A model generated the notes under the pieces. The model searched no databases and was not told the origin of the DNA. It worked only from the letters and a program-made list of their open reading frames with translations. A stretch of 64,000 nucleotides of DNA, from the NCBI GenBank assembly GCA_965215015.1, contig OZ244042.1:544001-608000 (forward strand), in the 5' to 3' direction. Positions 20,564 to 30,210 of this stretch are shown here, piece after piece (positions within the stretch are counted from its first letter, which is position 1; each line of letters starts with the position of its first letter). Made by a program: the position numbers and the translations under genes. This DNA is from Candidatus Poribacteria bacterium (lineage in GTDB: Bacteria > Poribacteria > WGA-4E > PCPOR2b).

Positions 20564-21538
20564 ATGGTAAAGATCGCTTTAGCCCTTGGACCGGAACCAA
20601 CCCCCGTCTGGACATTAGCCAAGCAAGCCGGTGTTGAGTATGTAGTTGGCAGCATGGACCTGAATCCAATACCGAATGCCAACGATGAACAGCAGCCTTG
20701 GAGTTACGTGTCGCTTGCTCGTGTGAAGGCTGCATACGAAGATGGCGGATTTGATCTACAGGTGATTGAAAGTCGTCCCCCAATGGAAAAAATAAAACTC
20801 GGTTTGCCGGGGCGTGATGAAGAAATTGATATCATCTGTGAGTTTATCCGTAATATGGGAGCATTGGAGATTCCAGTGTGGTGTCCTGCGTGGATGCCGA
20901 TTCTTTTTGTCCTACGAACATCTTTCACAATTCCTTCACGCGGTGGATCTCAGGTCAGCGGCTATGACCATAGTTATCTGAAAAATGCGCCTCTGACCGA
21001 TCATGGTGTCATCACTGAAGAGCAACAATGGGAGAATTTGAGATATTTTCTGGAACGTGTGGTACCTGTTGCGGAAAAAGCCAATGTCAAATTGGCGATG
21101 CATCCGGATGATCCACCGCTGTCCCCTATCCGAGGGGTTGCCCGAATTATGAGCAGCGTGGAGAATTATCAGAGACTCATCGATGTGGTCCCAAGTCCTG
21201 TCAACGGGATTGGTCTCTGTCAAGGTAACTTTTCCCTGATGACTGACAACCTTCCCGAAGTGATTCGGCATTTCGGACAGCAGGAGAAAATTTTCTTCGT
21301 TCATTTCCGAGATGTGCGGGGAACACCTGAGAAGTTCGTAGAAGTGTTCCATGACGATGGGCAAGCTGATATGGCAGCGTGTGTACGTGCCTATCGTGAT
21401 GTTGGCTATGAGGGGGTCGCACGGCCAGACCATTTTCCAAAAATGGGCGATGCTAGCATTGCGGATGAACATAGTATGGAGAGGCTCTTTGCCATCGGTT
21501 ATATGAAAGGATTGATCGAGGCAGTGTATACCGAGTAA
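20564..21538 (+). CDS. uxuA: Mannonate dehydratase
   Basis: IESRPP, WENLRYFLERVVPVAE, LAMHPDDPP, FVHFRDV, RPDH, LFAIGY.KG. Confidence 0.9.
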   Translation: MVKIALALGPEPTPVWTLAKQAGVEYVVGSMDLNPIPNANDEQQPWSYVSLARVKAAYEDGGFDLQVIESRPPMEKIKLGLPGRDEEIDIICEFIRNMGALEIPVWCPAWMPILFVLRTSFTIPSRGGSQVSGYDHSYLKNAPLTDHGVITEEQQWENLRYFLERVVPVAEKANVKLAMHPDDPPLSPIRGVARIMSSVENYQRLIDVVPSPVNGIGLCQGNFSLMTDNLPEVIRHFGQQEKIFFVHFRDVRGTPEKFVEVFHDDGQADMAACVRAYRDVGYEGVARPDHFPKMGDASIADEHSMERLFAIGYMKGLIEAVYTE

Positions 21539-21616
21539 GAATGATCAGGCGAGTCAACCGCGGATTGAAGATTAACGATTTCGATAACCATTCCATGAAC
21601 GACAAAGGGGGCTCAG

Positions 21617-22492
21617 GTGGTGAAAAAACGTTTAATTGTCAGGACATGGTTGGTTTTGGGCGTCTCCCTATTTTTTTTAAGTTGCGAAACCGACGATACC
21701 GTGGAGCCGCCAGATAGCATCACCCTTGTTGCACCTGATGGCATGGTGGTAATCCCGGCAGGCGAGTTTCAGATGGGGAGCGACGACAGTGATGCCGACG
21801 ACTATGATGAACAGCCGGTGCATACCGTCTACGTTGACGCATTCTATATGGATGTATACGAGGTAACCAATGCACAATATAAAGAGTTTGTTGATACAAA
21901 CCCGGGATGGCAGAAAGACCGCATCCCGAGCGCATATCAGGATGGCAACTACCTATTGCACTGGAATGGAAACAATTACCCAAACGGGAAGGGCGAGCAC
22001 CCTGTTGTCTATGTGAGTTGGTATGGTGCGATGGCGTATGCCCAGTGGGTAGGGAAGCGTTTGCCGACAGAGGCAGAATGGGAAAGAGCAGCGCGAGGTG
22101 GTTTAGTTGGACAGAAATATCCGTGGGGTAATTCGATTGATTCCACCCAGGCAAACTACGGCGATAATGTTGGCGAAACGACTCCTGTGGGGATATACCC
22201 GCCCAACGAGTATGGGCTCTACGACGTAGCTGGCAACGTGTGGGAGTGGTGCCTTGATGGATACGGTAGTGATTTCTATGAAATGTCACCGCGTCGCAAT
22301 CCGATTGCAGGGGGAGATAGTGTTACACATATTATAAGTAATTTCACAAATCTTAAAAATGCCCGCGTGTTGCGTGGCGGTTCGTGGCTTTACGATCCGA
22401 CTAGCCTGCGTGTCGCTAGTCGCTTGGGATCTACACCAACGTTCACGAGCAGCTTCTTCGGGTTTCGTTGTGCGAGGGCTCTAAGTCCTTAA
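21617..22492 (+). CDS. Lipoprotein with FGE-sulfatase (SUMF1, C-type lectin fold) domain
   Basis: Lipobox FLSC, F.MG..DEQP.H, EVTN, RLPTEAEWE.AARGG, GLYD..GNVWEW, RGGSW...GFRC. Lacks the catalytic Cys pair of true FGE. Confidence 0.9.
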   Translation: MVKKRLIVRTWLVLGVSLFFLSCETDDTVEPPDSITLVAPDGMVVIPAGEFQMGSDDSDADDYDEQPVHTVYVDAFYMDVYEVTNAQYKEFVDTNPGWQKDRIPSAYQDGNYLLHWNGNNYPNGKGEHPVVYVSWYGAMAYAQWVGKRLPTEAEWERAARGGLVGQKYPWGNSIDSTQANYGDNVGETTPVGIYPPNEYGLYDVAGNVWEWCLDGYGSDFYEMSPRRNPIAGGDSVTHIISNFTNLKNARVLRGGSWLYDPTSLRVASRLGSTPTFTSSFFGFRCARALSP

Positions 22493-22644
22493 ATCGTTAT
22501 ATCTTTATCCTCTTTGGTCTGCTAGGGAGGGGGACCTTCGGTCTCGCAGGTGGGGAGAAGTTCCCTGTTCTTGTTCCACTGGTAGAAACTAGGGGGTAAA
22601 GTTTTTTTGGGGGCAAATCGTTAACATAAATGAGGGAGGCACGT

Positions 22645-23493
22645 ATGGACGCTGCATGTTTAGATTACTGTCTAACTGAAGATGAGCACCTTGAATTTGA
22701 GCGTAACGGTTTCCTAATCATCCCTGATGCCCTGACGCCACAGATGACATCTGACATTGAGACGGTTGTAGACCGAATTGAGGCCCAACACAGGGGCGAG
22801 ACGGAGATGGAGGCTCACGAGTGGGTGCACAAGCTGGACTTCATGGGGCAGGATGAGGTCTTTCTGGAACTGCTCGATTGGCACAAGACATTCCCTAAAG
22901 TGTGGGGGATACTCGGCTGGAACATCCAACTCTACCTCACCCACATGGATGTCACACCTCCGCCTCCCCCCGATGTAAAGCGGGAAAAGAAGCGGTTGGG
23001 GTGGCATCAGGACAGTGGACGCTTGAATTCCGAGTTGGAAACCGATCCCCGTCCACGAATATCGGTCAAGGTCGGCTACTTCCTTACCGATACGACTGAA
23101 GTGGGCCGGGGAAATTTCTACGTTATTCCGGGAAGTCATATCCAGAACAAACTGGAATTTCCGCCCGATGATGTTTCAGATCCGGAAGGAGCAACCCCGG
23201 TTTGTGTTTCCCCCGGTACGGCTGTTATTTTTGATCGGCGTATCTGGCATTCTAGAAGTCCGAATGAATCGGATATTACGCGCAAGGTGCTATTCTATGG
23301 CTACAGCTACCGATGGCTGCGTCCTAGGGACGATATGACCGTTGGGAACTTTATAGACCGTTGTGATCCGATTCGACGACAATTACTGGGTGCCAGCACT
23401 AGTTGGCACGGTTATACCTCCCCGGCTGACGAAGATGTTCCGCTGAGAATCTGGCTGGCGGAACACCTCGGAGAAGCGGCAATTGCATCTTGA
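22645..23493 (+). CDS. Phytanoyl-CoA dioxygenase (PhyH) family 2OG-Fe(II) oxygenase
   Basis: FERNGFL, WHQD, VIPGSH, IFDRRIWH, R. Confidence 0.9.
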   Translation: MDAACLDYCLTEDEHLEFERNGFLIIPDALTPQMTSDIETVVDRIEAQHRGETEMEAHEWVHKLDFMGQDEVFLELLDWHKTFPKVWGILGWNIQLYLTHMDVTPPPPPDVKREKKRLGWHQDSGRLNSELETDPRPRISVKVGYFLTDTTEVGRGNFYVIPGSHIQNKLEFPPDDVSDPEGATPVCVSPGTAVIFDRRIWHSRSPNESDITRKVLFYGYSYRWLRPRDDMTVGNFIDRCDPIRRQLLGASTSWHGYTSPADEDVPLRIWLAEHLGEAAIAS

Positions 23494-23539
23494 CTCCTAT
23501 CTGATTTCCAATAGGTTAAATTCATGAGGGTACACAAAT

Positions 23540-24094
23540 ATGGGGCAGATCAGATCCCATCCACCTGTTAAACTGATTGTTGGGATTATTACGGCGGTTC
23601 CCGATTTATTCTCCGGCGTACATCAACAACTCTCAGCACAGTTTGGACGAATTGATTTCGCCAGCGATTTGTTACCTTTTGATTATACCACCTACTATGA
23701 AGCGGAGATGGGGAAAGATTTGAAACGTCAGTTCGTGAGTTTTGAGAAACTGATCCCCGCCGAGGAACTCGCGTCTGCCAAGTGCTTTTCTAACGCAGTT
23801 GAGTACGAGTTTGCAAAGGGTGATACGGCTCCCCGTCCAGTCAATCTCGATCCGGGCTATATTTCGGCGGCAAAGCTGGTTCTCGCTTCGACGAAAGACC
23901 ATGCACACCGAATCTATCTTCAAGATGGTATTTATGCTGAAATTACGCTCAAATTTTACTGTAAGTCCTTTCAATCTTGGGAGTGGACTTACCCTGATTA
24001 CCGTACATCCACCTATATTGACATCTTCAACCACATCCGCCGTATCTATATGGAGCAACTAAGGGCAACTGGGTTAAGCCCTCACCCATTTTAA
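23540..24094 (+). CDS. DUF4416 family protein
   Basis: TYYEAEMG, RPVNLDPGY, LASTK..HRIYL..GIYAE, WTYPDY. Confidence 0.9.
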   Translation: MGQIRSHPPVKLIVGIITAVPDLFSGVHQQLSAQFGRIDFASDLLPFDYTTYYEAEMGKDLKRQFVSFEKLIPAEELASAKCFSNAVEYEFAKGDTAPRPVNLDPGYISAAKLVLASTKDHAHRIYLQDGIYAEITLKFYCKSFQSWEWTYPDYRTSTYIDIFNHIRRIYMEQLRATGLSPHPF

Positions 24095-24096
24095 TT

Positions 24097-25383
24097 ATGA
24101 AATCAAAAATCTGGTCAACCTTATTTGTTTATTTCCTTTTAATTAGCTGTTATATACCTCCAGCTTTTCCTTGGGGAAACAATGCCCACGAGCGAATGAC
24201 CGAGGTCGCTTGTGATTCTCTGCCTTCAGAAATTGCCCCGTTTTTCGATAAACACCGCCGAGAAGTTGCCGATCACTCAAACGATCCAGATCGGTGGAGG
24301 AGGACACTGCTGTTTTGGATCGGATTGAAGTACGAAGATGATCTGAACAATGGGAAGGTTACAGCAGATTTACGTCAGGTGTTTGAAACTCATAGAATTG
24401 ACTTTCCACAAGACGCCCCGGTCTCTCTCCGCGGAAAAAATGGGAGATGGTTCATAACAATAGGTGAACAGGAGTACCCAATTCGGAAGGAAACAGATAA
24501 GCTATACCTAATTGACTTTCCACAAGACGCCCCGGTCTCTCTCCGCGGAAAAAATGGGAGATGGTTCATAACAATAGGTGAACAGGAGTACCTAATTCGG
24601 AAGGAAGCAGACAAGCTATACCTAGAGGATAAAACGAATATTTTTGAGAATCGAAGTGCGGCGACGGTGCTGCTTGGTTCTGAAGAAGACATCCATTTTG
24701 TCCTTGATACAAAGGAAAAGCTGTTATCTTTAACGAGGCTCAATGTCTACAAAACGGGAGATCGCGCCGAAGGTCCTCGGCATTTTCTTGATATTGATAT
24801 TTATGGTCCCTATCCGTTTGTAGAACTTCCCCACGATTATGATGACGCCGTTGCGAAATTTGGCGTGGAAACTGTTACAAAACGCGGGATAGCGACGTGG
24901 CGTATCGCTGAGTACACACAGTTGTTATCTGAGGCGATGAAGTCGGGAGATACCCAAAAAATTGTACAGACCGCCGGTGCACTCGCCCACTACGTTGAGG
25001 ATATCCACATGCCGCTGCATGTTGTCAAAAACTACAACGGGCAATTGACCAACCAACACGGTGTCCATCAACGCTTTGAGGACGATATGGTGGACACCTA
25101 TGCAGAAAGAATCCACCTCACACCGAAGATGGCATCGGAAATTGAAGACCCGTTGGAAGCTGCTTTTGATATTGTACTCGACAGCTATGTATACGCCGAC
25201 GACCTCCTCCATGCCGACCGCAAGGCAAAGTTAGGCGAAGATACCTACGGTGCATCGTACTTAGAAAAGCTATTCCGATTCAGTGGTCGGATAGCAGAGC
25301 AGCGAATGAGTGATGCGGCAATAGCGACTGCAAGCTACTGGTATACCGCCTGGCTTCGTGCCGGGAAGCCTGAGTTGAGGTGA
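24097..25383 (+). CDS. S1/P1 nuclease / Zn-dependent phospholipase C-fold protein with an approximately 150-aa insertion
   Basis: Signal peptide then WGNNAH, DPD, HFLDID, HYVEDIHMPLH..KNYNGQ..Q.GVH..FE. Confidence 0.8.
   Translation: MKSKIWSTLFVYFLLISCYIPPAFPWGNNAHERMTEVACDSLPSEIAPFFDKHRREVADHSNDPDRWRRTLLFWIGLKYEDDLNNGKVTADLRQVFETHRIDFPQDAPVSLRGKNGRWFITIGEQEYPIRKETDKLYLIDFPQDAPVSLRGKNGRWFITIGEQEYLIRKEADKLYLEDKTNIFENRSAATVLLGSEEDIHFVLDTKEKLLSLTRLNVYKTGDRAEGPRHFLDIDIYGPYPFVELPHDYDDAVAKFGVETVTKRGIATWRIAEYTQLLSEAMKSGDTQKIVQTAGALAHYVEDIHMPLHVVKNYNGQLTNQHGVHQRFEDDMVDTYAERIHLTPKMASEIEDPLEAAFDIVLDSYVYADDLLHADRKAKLGEDTYGASYLEKLFRFSGRIAEQRMSDAAIATASYWYTAWLRAGKPELR
24397..24624 (+). repeat. In-frame tandem duplication, 2 x 114 bp
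   Basis: Units 24397-24510 and 24511-24624 differ at 3 nt and encode IDFPQDAPVSLRGKNGRWFITIGEQEY(P/L)IRKE(T/A)DKLYL. Confidence 0.95.
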
Positions 25384-25410
25384 AATTTAACATGTCGATC
25401 CGGATTTAGT

Positions 25411-25494
25411 ATGAAGCTGCAGAACTAAGTGAACCTAACCCAAGCCCATGATCTGCTCCTGCTGCGGCTGATGAATAGGAATACAGCTATATGA
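25411..25494 (+). pseudogene. Remnant of a type I restriction specificity subunit (HsdS) C-terminus
   Basis: Frame reads KLQN*VNLTQAHDLLLLRLMNRNTAI*, resembling the HsdS tail L.QARDLLLPRLMNGEI.V*. Contains an internal stop. Confidence 0.5.
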
Positions 25495-25599
25495 ACGATA
25501 GGTTTTCAAGACAGTGGACTACATCCTAGGCCTGCTAATCAAGCCCCGCTTTGGAATCACACGTCATTTCTACACTTTTTCAACGGAGGTAATTAAAAT

Positions 25600-26544
25600 A
25601 TGGACTGGAGAACGGTTGCCCACGTCTTGGACAAGGCAATCGTAACTGTAGCGGCACAAGAGTTCAATCGACTTGCCGGGGACTTAAATAATGACCGGAT
25701 AGTGGCAGAGAAAGTTACAGAGGCACTTGAAGCACTAGATAGACTTCAGAGCGGCTATAAGCCTGAGTTCAACGAGTGGGAAGCCCTCTTCTACCTCACA
25801 TGGTATCAGCCGCGCCAAATCAACATTGCGCTCACAATATTGCGGCAATTCGCAAATGCCCGAAACGAACATCTGAGAGAGGGTTATCCGCTTCTCATTA
25901 TTGATGTCGGCTGTGGTGCTTTGGCTGTACAAATCGCTGCGGCAATCGTGGCAGCTGAGCATCAACTAGAAGGCCTCGGCGTTAGTGTCCAAGGGATCGA
26001 CCCGAGCGAGTCAATGAAAAAGATTGGTGAAGATCTATGGCTGGAGTTCTGGATTATTGCCGATCGGCATCCCAGCCTATCATATTTGTCGAGTACCTGC
26101 GACGTGATGACTGACACATACAGCTTATTTGACTCGGATACCTCGTACTACCATTCGGAGGAGGCTTTTTTACAGTATTATCCGGCCCCCGAGTGTTGGC
26201 TGACGGCTGTGCATATAGTGTATGAATCAAACAAACAATGTATAAAAGACATTCTACAAAAAATTCAGGATAGGTCCGGTCCAAATTTAATCTTGGTTAC
26301 ATCCCATGCAAGCAAGTGCGGCATAGCTAGTTTTGCTGCTGGAGGAAACTTCGAGATCGACTGGTTAGAATCAAATACACTTCTGTTATCAGGAGAACTT
26401 CCTAAAACTACTGAATGGCGAAAGCATTTGATCAGCCGCTTGTCGCCACAAGCTCGCGGAGACATAGTCCAACCCTTTCTAAGCAACCCAGTGCAATGGA
26501 ATCCACTAGAAAGCCGCACGGCAGTTGTATGGAAAGGAGATTAA
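25600..26544 (+). CDS. Putative class I SAM-dependent methyltransferase-fold protein
   Basis: IIDVGCGALA motif I, GIDPS motif II, GGAGG RBS. Confidence 0.65.
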   Translation: MDWRTVAHVLDKAIVTVAAQEFNRLAGDLNNDRIVAEKVTEALEALDRLQSGYKPEFNEWEALFYLTWYQPRQINIALTILRQFANARNEHLREGYPLLIIDVGCGALAVQIAAAIVAAEHQLEGLGVSVQGIDPSESMKKIGEDLWLEFWIIADRHPSLSYLSSTCDVMTDTYSLFDSDTSYYHSEEAFLQYYPAPECWLTAVHIVYESNKQCIKDILQKIQDRSGPNLILVTSHASKCGIASFAAGGNFEIDWLESNTLLLSGELPKTTEWRKHLISRLSPQARGDIVQPFLSNPVQWNPLESRTAVVWKGD

Positions 26545-26547
26545 ATC

Positions 26548-27453
26548 ATGAGTACCCTGTTCCAACAATCCCTGCCCTTTGAAGAGTTAAATCTTGAGCG
26601 GCCTAATCATATTGGTCAAGCCAACGTAGAGTATAAGCCTGCCAGCGCGATATTAACGCCTGCTACTGGGTTCATGGATGCGTACGACTATACATTGAAC
26701 CCGTACAGCGGCTGCTCATTTGGCTGCACCTACTGCTATGCCGCATTTTTCAGCCATGACCGCGAAAAACGCGACAATTGGGGTTATTGGGTCAACGTCA
26801 AAGAGAACGCTGTCAGCAAGCTAGAGAGTCTCAAGCGTTCTCTCGATGGCAAGCTTATCTACATGAGCAGCGTCACCGACCCCTACCAACCGATTGAACG
26901 TAAGCTGGAGATAACCCGCGATCTACTGAACATTATGGCAGAGCGGCATAAACCCAAGTTGGTAGTACAAACACGCAGCCCCATGGTCGTCCGCGACTGT
27001 GACCTGTTCCGCCGCATCAAAGACAATGGTGGGTACGTACAGGTGAATATGACAGTTACTACTGATGACGAAGACATAAGGCGCACCTTCGAGCCATATT
27101 GCCCGTCCAACTCTGTGCGGATGCGCGCAATTGCAGAGATACGAGCTGCTGGGGTTGAAACCTGCATTACGATGACGCCCTTACTGCTAGTGAAAGACGC
27201 CTACGCTTTCAGTGAGGGTTTGCTAAAAACAGATATTAAAAAGTTTATCGCCCAGCCTTTTCACTTCCAGCAGGGAAAGTTTATTGCAAATACACGCGAG
27301 AAGGCATTTGCGATTATGACGGAAAAGCTTGGCTGTACGCCTTCATCATTTCGTGATGAATATATGAGGCACTATGATGGAGTTTTTAAGGTTCTTCGCG
27401 AGAATCTGCCGAATCTAGGTGAAGGCAAGGACGGATTCGGTCCACCTTTCTGA
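26548..27453 (+). CDS. Radical SAM protein, spore photoproduct lyase-like (SPL/Rv2578c) family
   Basis: LNPYSGCSFGCTYCYA (CX3CX2C), MSSVTDPYQPIE, VQTRS, RR.FEP. Confidence 0.9.
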   Translation: MSTLFQQSLPFEELNLERPNHIGQANVEYKPASAILTPATGFMDAYDYTLNPYSGCSFGCTYCYAAFFSHDREKRDNWGYWVNVKENAVSKLESLKRSLDGKLIYMSSVTDPYQPIERKLEITRDLLNIMAERHKPKLVVQTRSPMVVRDCDLFRRIKDNGGYVQVNMTVTTDDEDIRRTFEPYCPSNSVRMRAIAEIRAAGVETCITMTPLLLVKDAYAFSEGLLKTDIKKFIAQPFHFQQGKFIANTREKAFAIMTEKLGCTPSSFRDEYMRHYDGVFKVLRENLPNLGEGKDGFGPPF

Positions 27454-27521
27454 GTATACCCTCCAAATCTGGCTTTATGCTTGCGTTCTTACACTTAGCA
27501 TAATATCGAGGAGACAAAACA

Positions 27522-28685
27522 GTGAAAAAACAAAATATAAGATTAGGGTTCTGCTTGTTCTTATGTTTGATATCGGGCTGGATACCTGCCAACTCCGACC
27601 AAAGTGCCGGCCTGCCCGAAGGTAGGGCACGGGCGCGGGATCTCGGTATTAAAATCGGCATCTATGAACCAGGTAAACACAATGCAATCACGGATGTCGC
27701 AGGGGTGAAGGTGGGGCATGTCACATTGAAAAACGGTGATAATGTTCGGACAGGTGTTACTGCTGTCATTCCACGCGATGATATCTGGACACATAAGCTG
27801 TTTGGTGCGGGCTATGCGATTAACGGTAACGGCGAAGCGACAGGGTTGGCATGGGCTAACGAAGCAGGGTGGATCGAGTCCCCGATTATGCTGACGAATA
27901 CACTCAGTGTTGGCCCCGTTCACGATGGTGTTGTGCGATACATGATAAAACGTTACCCGGATAACCATATCATTTTGCCAATCGTTGCAGAGTGCTATGA
28001 CGGTGGCCTGAATGATATTAGCGGGCTTCATGTCACCGCAGAACACGCAATTCAGGCGATAGAAGATGCTGTAGATGGTCCTGTTGCAGAGGGGTGTGTT
28101 GGCGCAGGTACAGGAATGCGGTGCTACAGTTTTAAGGCAGGTATCGGTACATCGTCACGGGTATTGCCCGTAGATCGAGGGGGATACACGGTCGGTGTGC
28201 TGGTCAATTCCAACGGTGGGCGGCGCCACCAGCTGCAAATCAGTGGTGTTCCCGTCGGCAGAGAAATCACGGAACTCACACCGGAATGGGGTCGAGACGG
28301 TTCGTTTATCATCGTTGTCGCAACGGATGCCCCCTTGGTACAGCGTCAATTGATGCAACTCGCCAAGCGGGTGACCCATGGGCTTGCCCGCACCGGTACG
28401 CCAAGTACCGTTAGCAGCGGCGAATTTGTAATTGCTTTTTCGACTGCTAACACGATTCCGCGTCGGACGGACGCTGGCACATTTTCTATCACAATGCTTG
28501 CCAACCGTCGGATGGATGCGCTGTATCAAGCCGTCATTGAAGCGACAGAGGAGGCAGTCGTCAACTCCATGACTACAGCAGTGACAACCGTCGGCAGAAA
28601 TGGGAATACGATCCACGCTATTCCTTTGGATCGGTTGCAAGCTGTGATGAAACAATATGGGCAGTTTGCCTCTGAAGGCAATTGA
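27522..28685 (+). CDS. dmpA: DmpA-like L-aminopeptidase/D-esterase (peptidase S58)
   Basis: NAITDVAGVKVGH, NGNGE, PIVAECYD, EGCVGAGTGM, autoprocessing DG-S..VVATDAP. Confidence 0.9.
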   Translation: MKKQNIRLGFCLFLCLISGWIPANSDQSAGLPEGRARARDLGIKIGIYEPGKHNAITDVAGVKVGHVTLKNGDNVRTGVTAVIPRDDIWTHKLFGAGYAINGNGEATGLAWANEAGWIESPIMLTNTLSVGPVHDGVVRYMIKRYPDNHIILPIVAECYDGGLNDISGLHVTAEHAIQAIEDAVDGPVAEGCVGAGTGMRCYSFKAGIGTSSRVLPVDRGGYTVGVLVNSNGGRRHQLQISGVPVGREITELTPEWGRDGSFIIVVATDAPLVQRQLMQLAKRVTHGLARTGTPSTVSSGEFVIAFSTANTIPRRTDAGTFSITMLANRRMDALYQAVIEATEEAVVNSMTTAVTTVGRNGNTIHAIPLDRLQAVMKQYGQFASEGN

Positions 28686-28689
28686 AGAA

Positions 28690-29709
28690 TTAAAGGGTAT
28701 CACCCGTCAGCTTGTTTAGGTTTTGTAGCTGCTCATTATCCGCGATGACAATCAAGGCGTCGCCAGTCTCCAACCTCACCCCCCCAGAAGGGTTATAGAT
28801 AAAATCCCCTCGTCGTTTGCGAACTGCGACAACTACCAGGTTCGTTCGATCTGGAATGCGTGCCTCGCCCAGAGTGAGTCCCACTAATGGTGTCCCTGAC
28901 TGGATAACGGATTCGGCGAAGCGCGTAGTTACTTGACTCCTGAGCATAATGTCGAGAAAGTTAACCACGATTGGGCGTGTAATCGTCGACGCCAACCGCA
29001 TGCCGCCGATATAGTCTGACAGGACCACTTCATCTGCCCCTGCTTGTTGCAGCTTGGCTAACGAATTGGCTTCAACCGCTTTAGAGGCAATCTTCAACCC
29101 CGGATTCAGTTGTTTCGCAGATAGAACAACGAATAGGTTATCTTGATCGCGCGACAGCGAGGCGATTAGTCCCCGTGCACGTTCAATGCCCGCCCGAATC
29201 AAAACTTCGTCTACCGTTGCATCACCGTGAACATACAGGAAATCTTTTATTTCCAGTAAGTGATCAATCCGTTCCTGCTCAGACTCAATAGCAACGAAAT
29301 CCATGTTCATTTGGAGCATCTCTTCGAGCGCATGAACTCCCGTATCCCCTATGCCACAGACAATATAATGATTTGAAAGTTTATCGATTGATTTTTTCAT
29401 CTTTCTTCGTCGAAACACCTCGCGGAATTGTCCTTCTATAATAAAAGCGGTCGCCACGCTAACACTATATACAAAGATGCCAAATCCACCAAGCAACAGA
29501 AAAACGGTGAAAACCCTTCCCACTTTGGACATATTGTCATCGCTGTATCCGACTGTGGTCAATGTAATGACAGTCATGAAAATTGCGTCGAATACGCTCC
29601 AGTTCTGATGTGGATTTTCCCCTTCAATAATCCGATACCCGACCACCCCGGTGGCAAAAAGGATGATCAGCGAAATCATCGCGATGATGAAGTTTCGTTG
29701 ATACCTCAA
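28690..29709 (-). CDS. Two-TM potassium channel with RCK (TrkA-N/TrkA-C) domains
   Basis: Pore TLTTVGYSD, HYIVCG.G..G, GDAT, AGI.RA, AGADEVV. Confidence 0.9.
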   Translation of the reverse strand: MRYQRNFIIAMISLIILFATGVVGYRIIEGENPHQNWSVFDAIFMTVITLTTVGYSDDNMSKVGRVFTVFLLLGGFGIFVYSVSVATAFIIEGQFREVFRRRKMKKSIDKLSNHYIVCGIGDTGVHALEEMLQMNMDFVAIESEQERIDHLLEIKDFLYVHGDATVDEVLIRAGIERARGLIASLSRDQDNLFVVLSAKQLNPGLKIASKAVEANSLAKLQQAGADEVVLSDYIGGMRLASTITRPIVVNFLDIMLRSQVTTRFAESVIQSGTPLVGLTLGEARIPDRTNLVVVAVRKRRGDFIYNPSGGVRLETGDALIVIADNEQLQNLNKLTGDTL

Positions 29710-30210
29710 GAGATATTTCCCTCAATTGCGGACAAACCTATGCAGTGGGGTAGATGAACTTTATTATGTGCCCCACCTTCTTTAGAACCGTTTCTATTTT
29801 TATGGACGAATTAAGAGGTTTTGCGGATTAAACGAAAACCCGGTGAAATCAGTTGAATGAATGATTGAAGTTTGTTCGTCCTTTGAAGTAAACTTTACCA
29901 TACAACAAAGCGTCAATCAATGGTAATAATAAACTGTGTCTCACTAGCAACCGTGTTACAAAAATGATACGGAATGGAATGTGAGGTGCTAATTGGTGGT
30001 GTCCGACCAATTGCGTTTTCACGAGTTGTTTTCGAGTAAGTGCTTCTTGGTTGCTATCATGGTATAAAATTTGCTAGAATATCGCTGTGATTTTCGGTTG
30101 CCAACCAAGGAATCGTAAAAATCTATATTGGATTCTTTGGATTTTTTTAAAACATCTTGGCAAAAAAATTGTCAGGACTACGCGATATTAGTTAAAGGAG
30201 TGAACGAAAA

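Noticed and set aside
21617-22492. True formylglycine-generating enzyme
   Set aside because: Lacks the catalytic Cys pair after RGGS, is a lipoprotein, and has no adjacent sulfatase.
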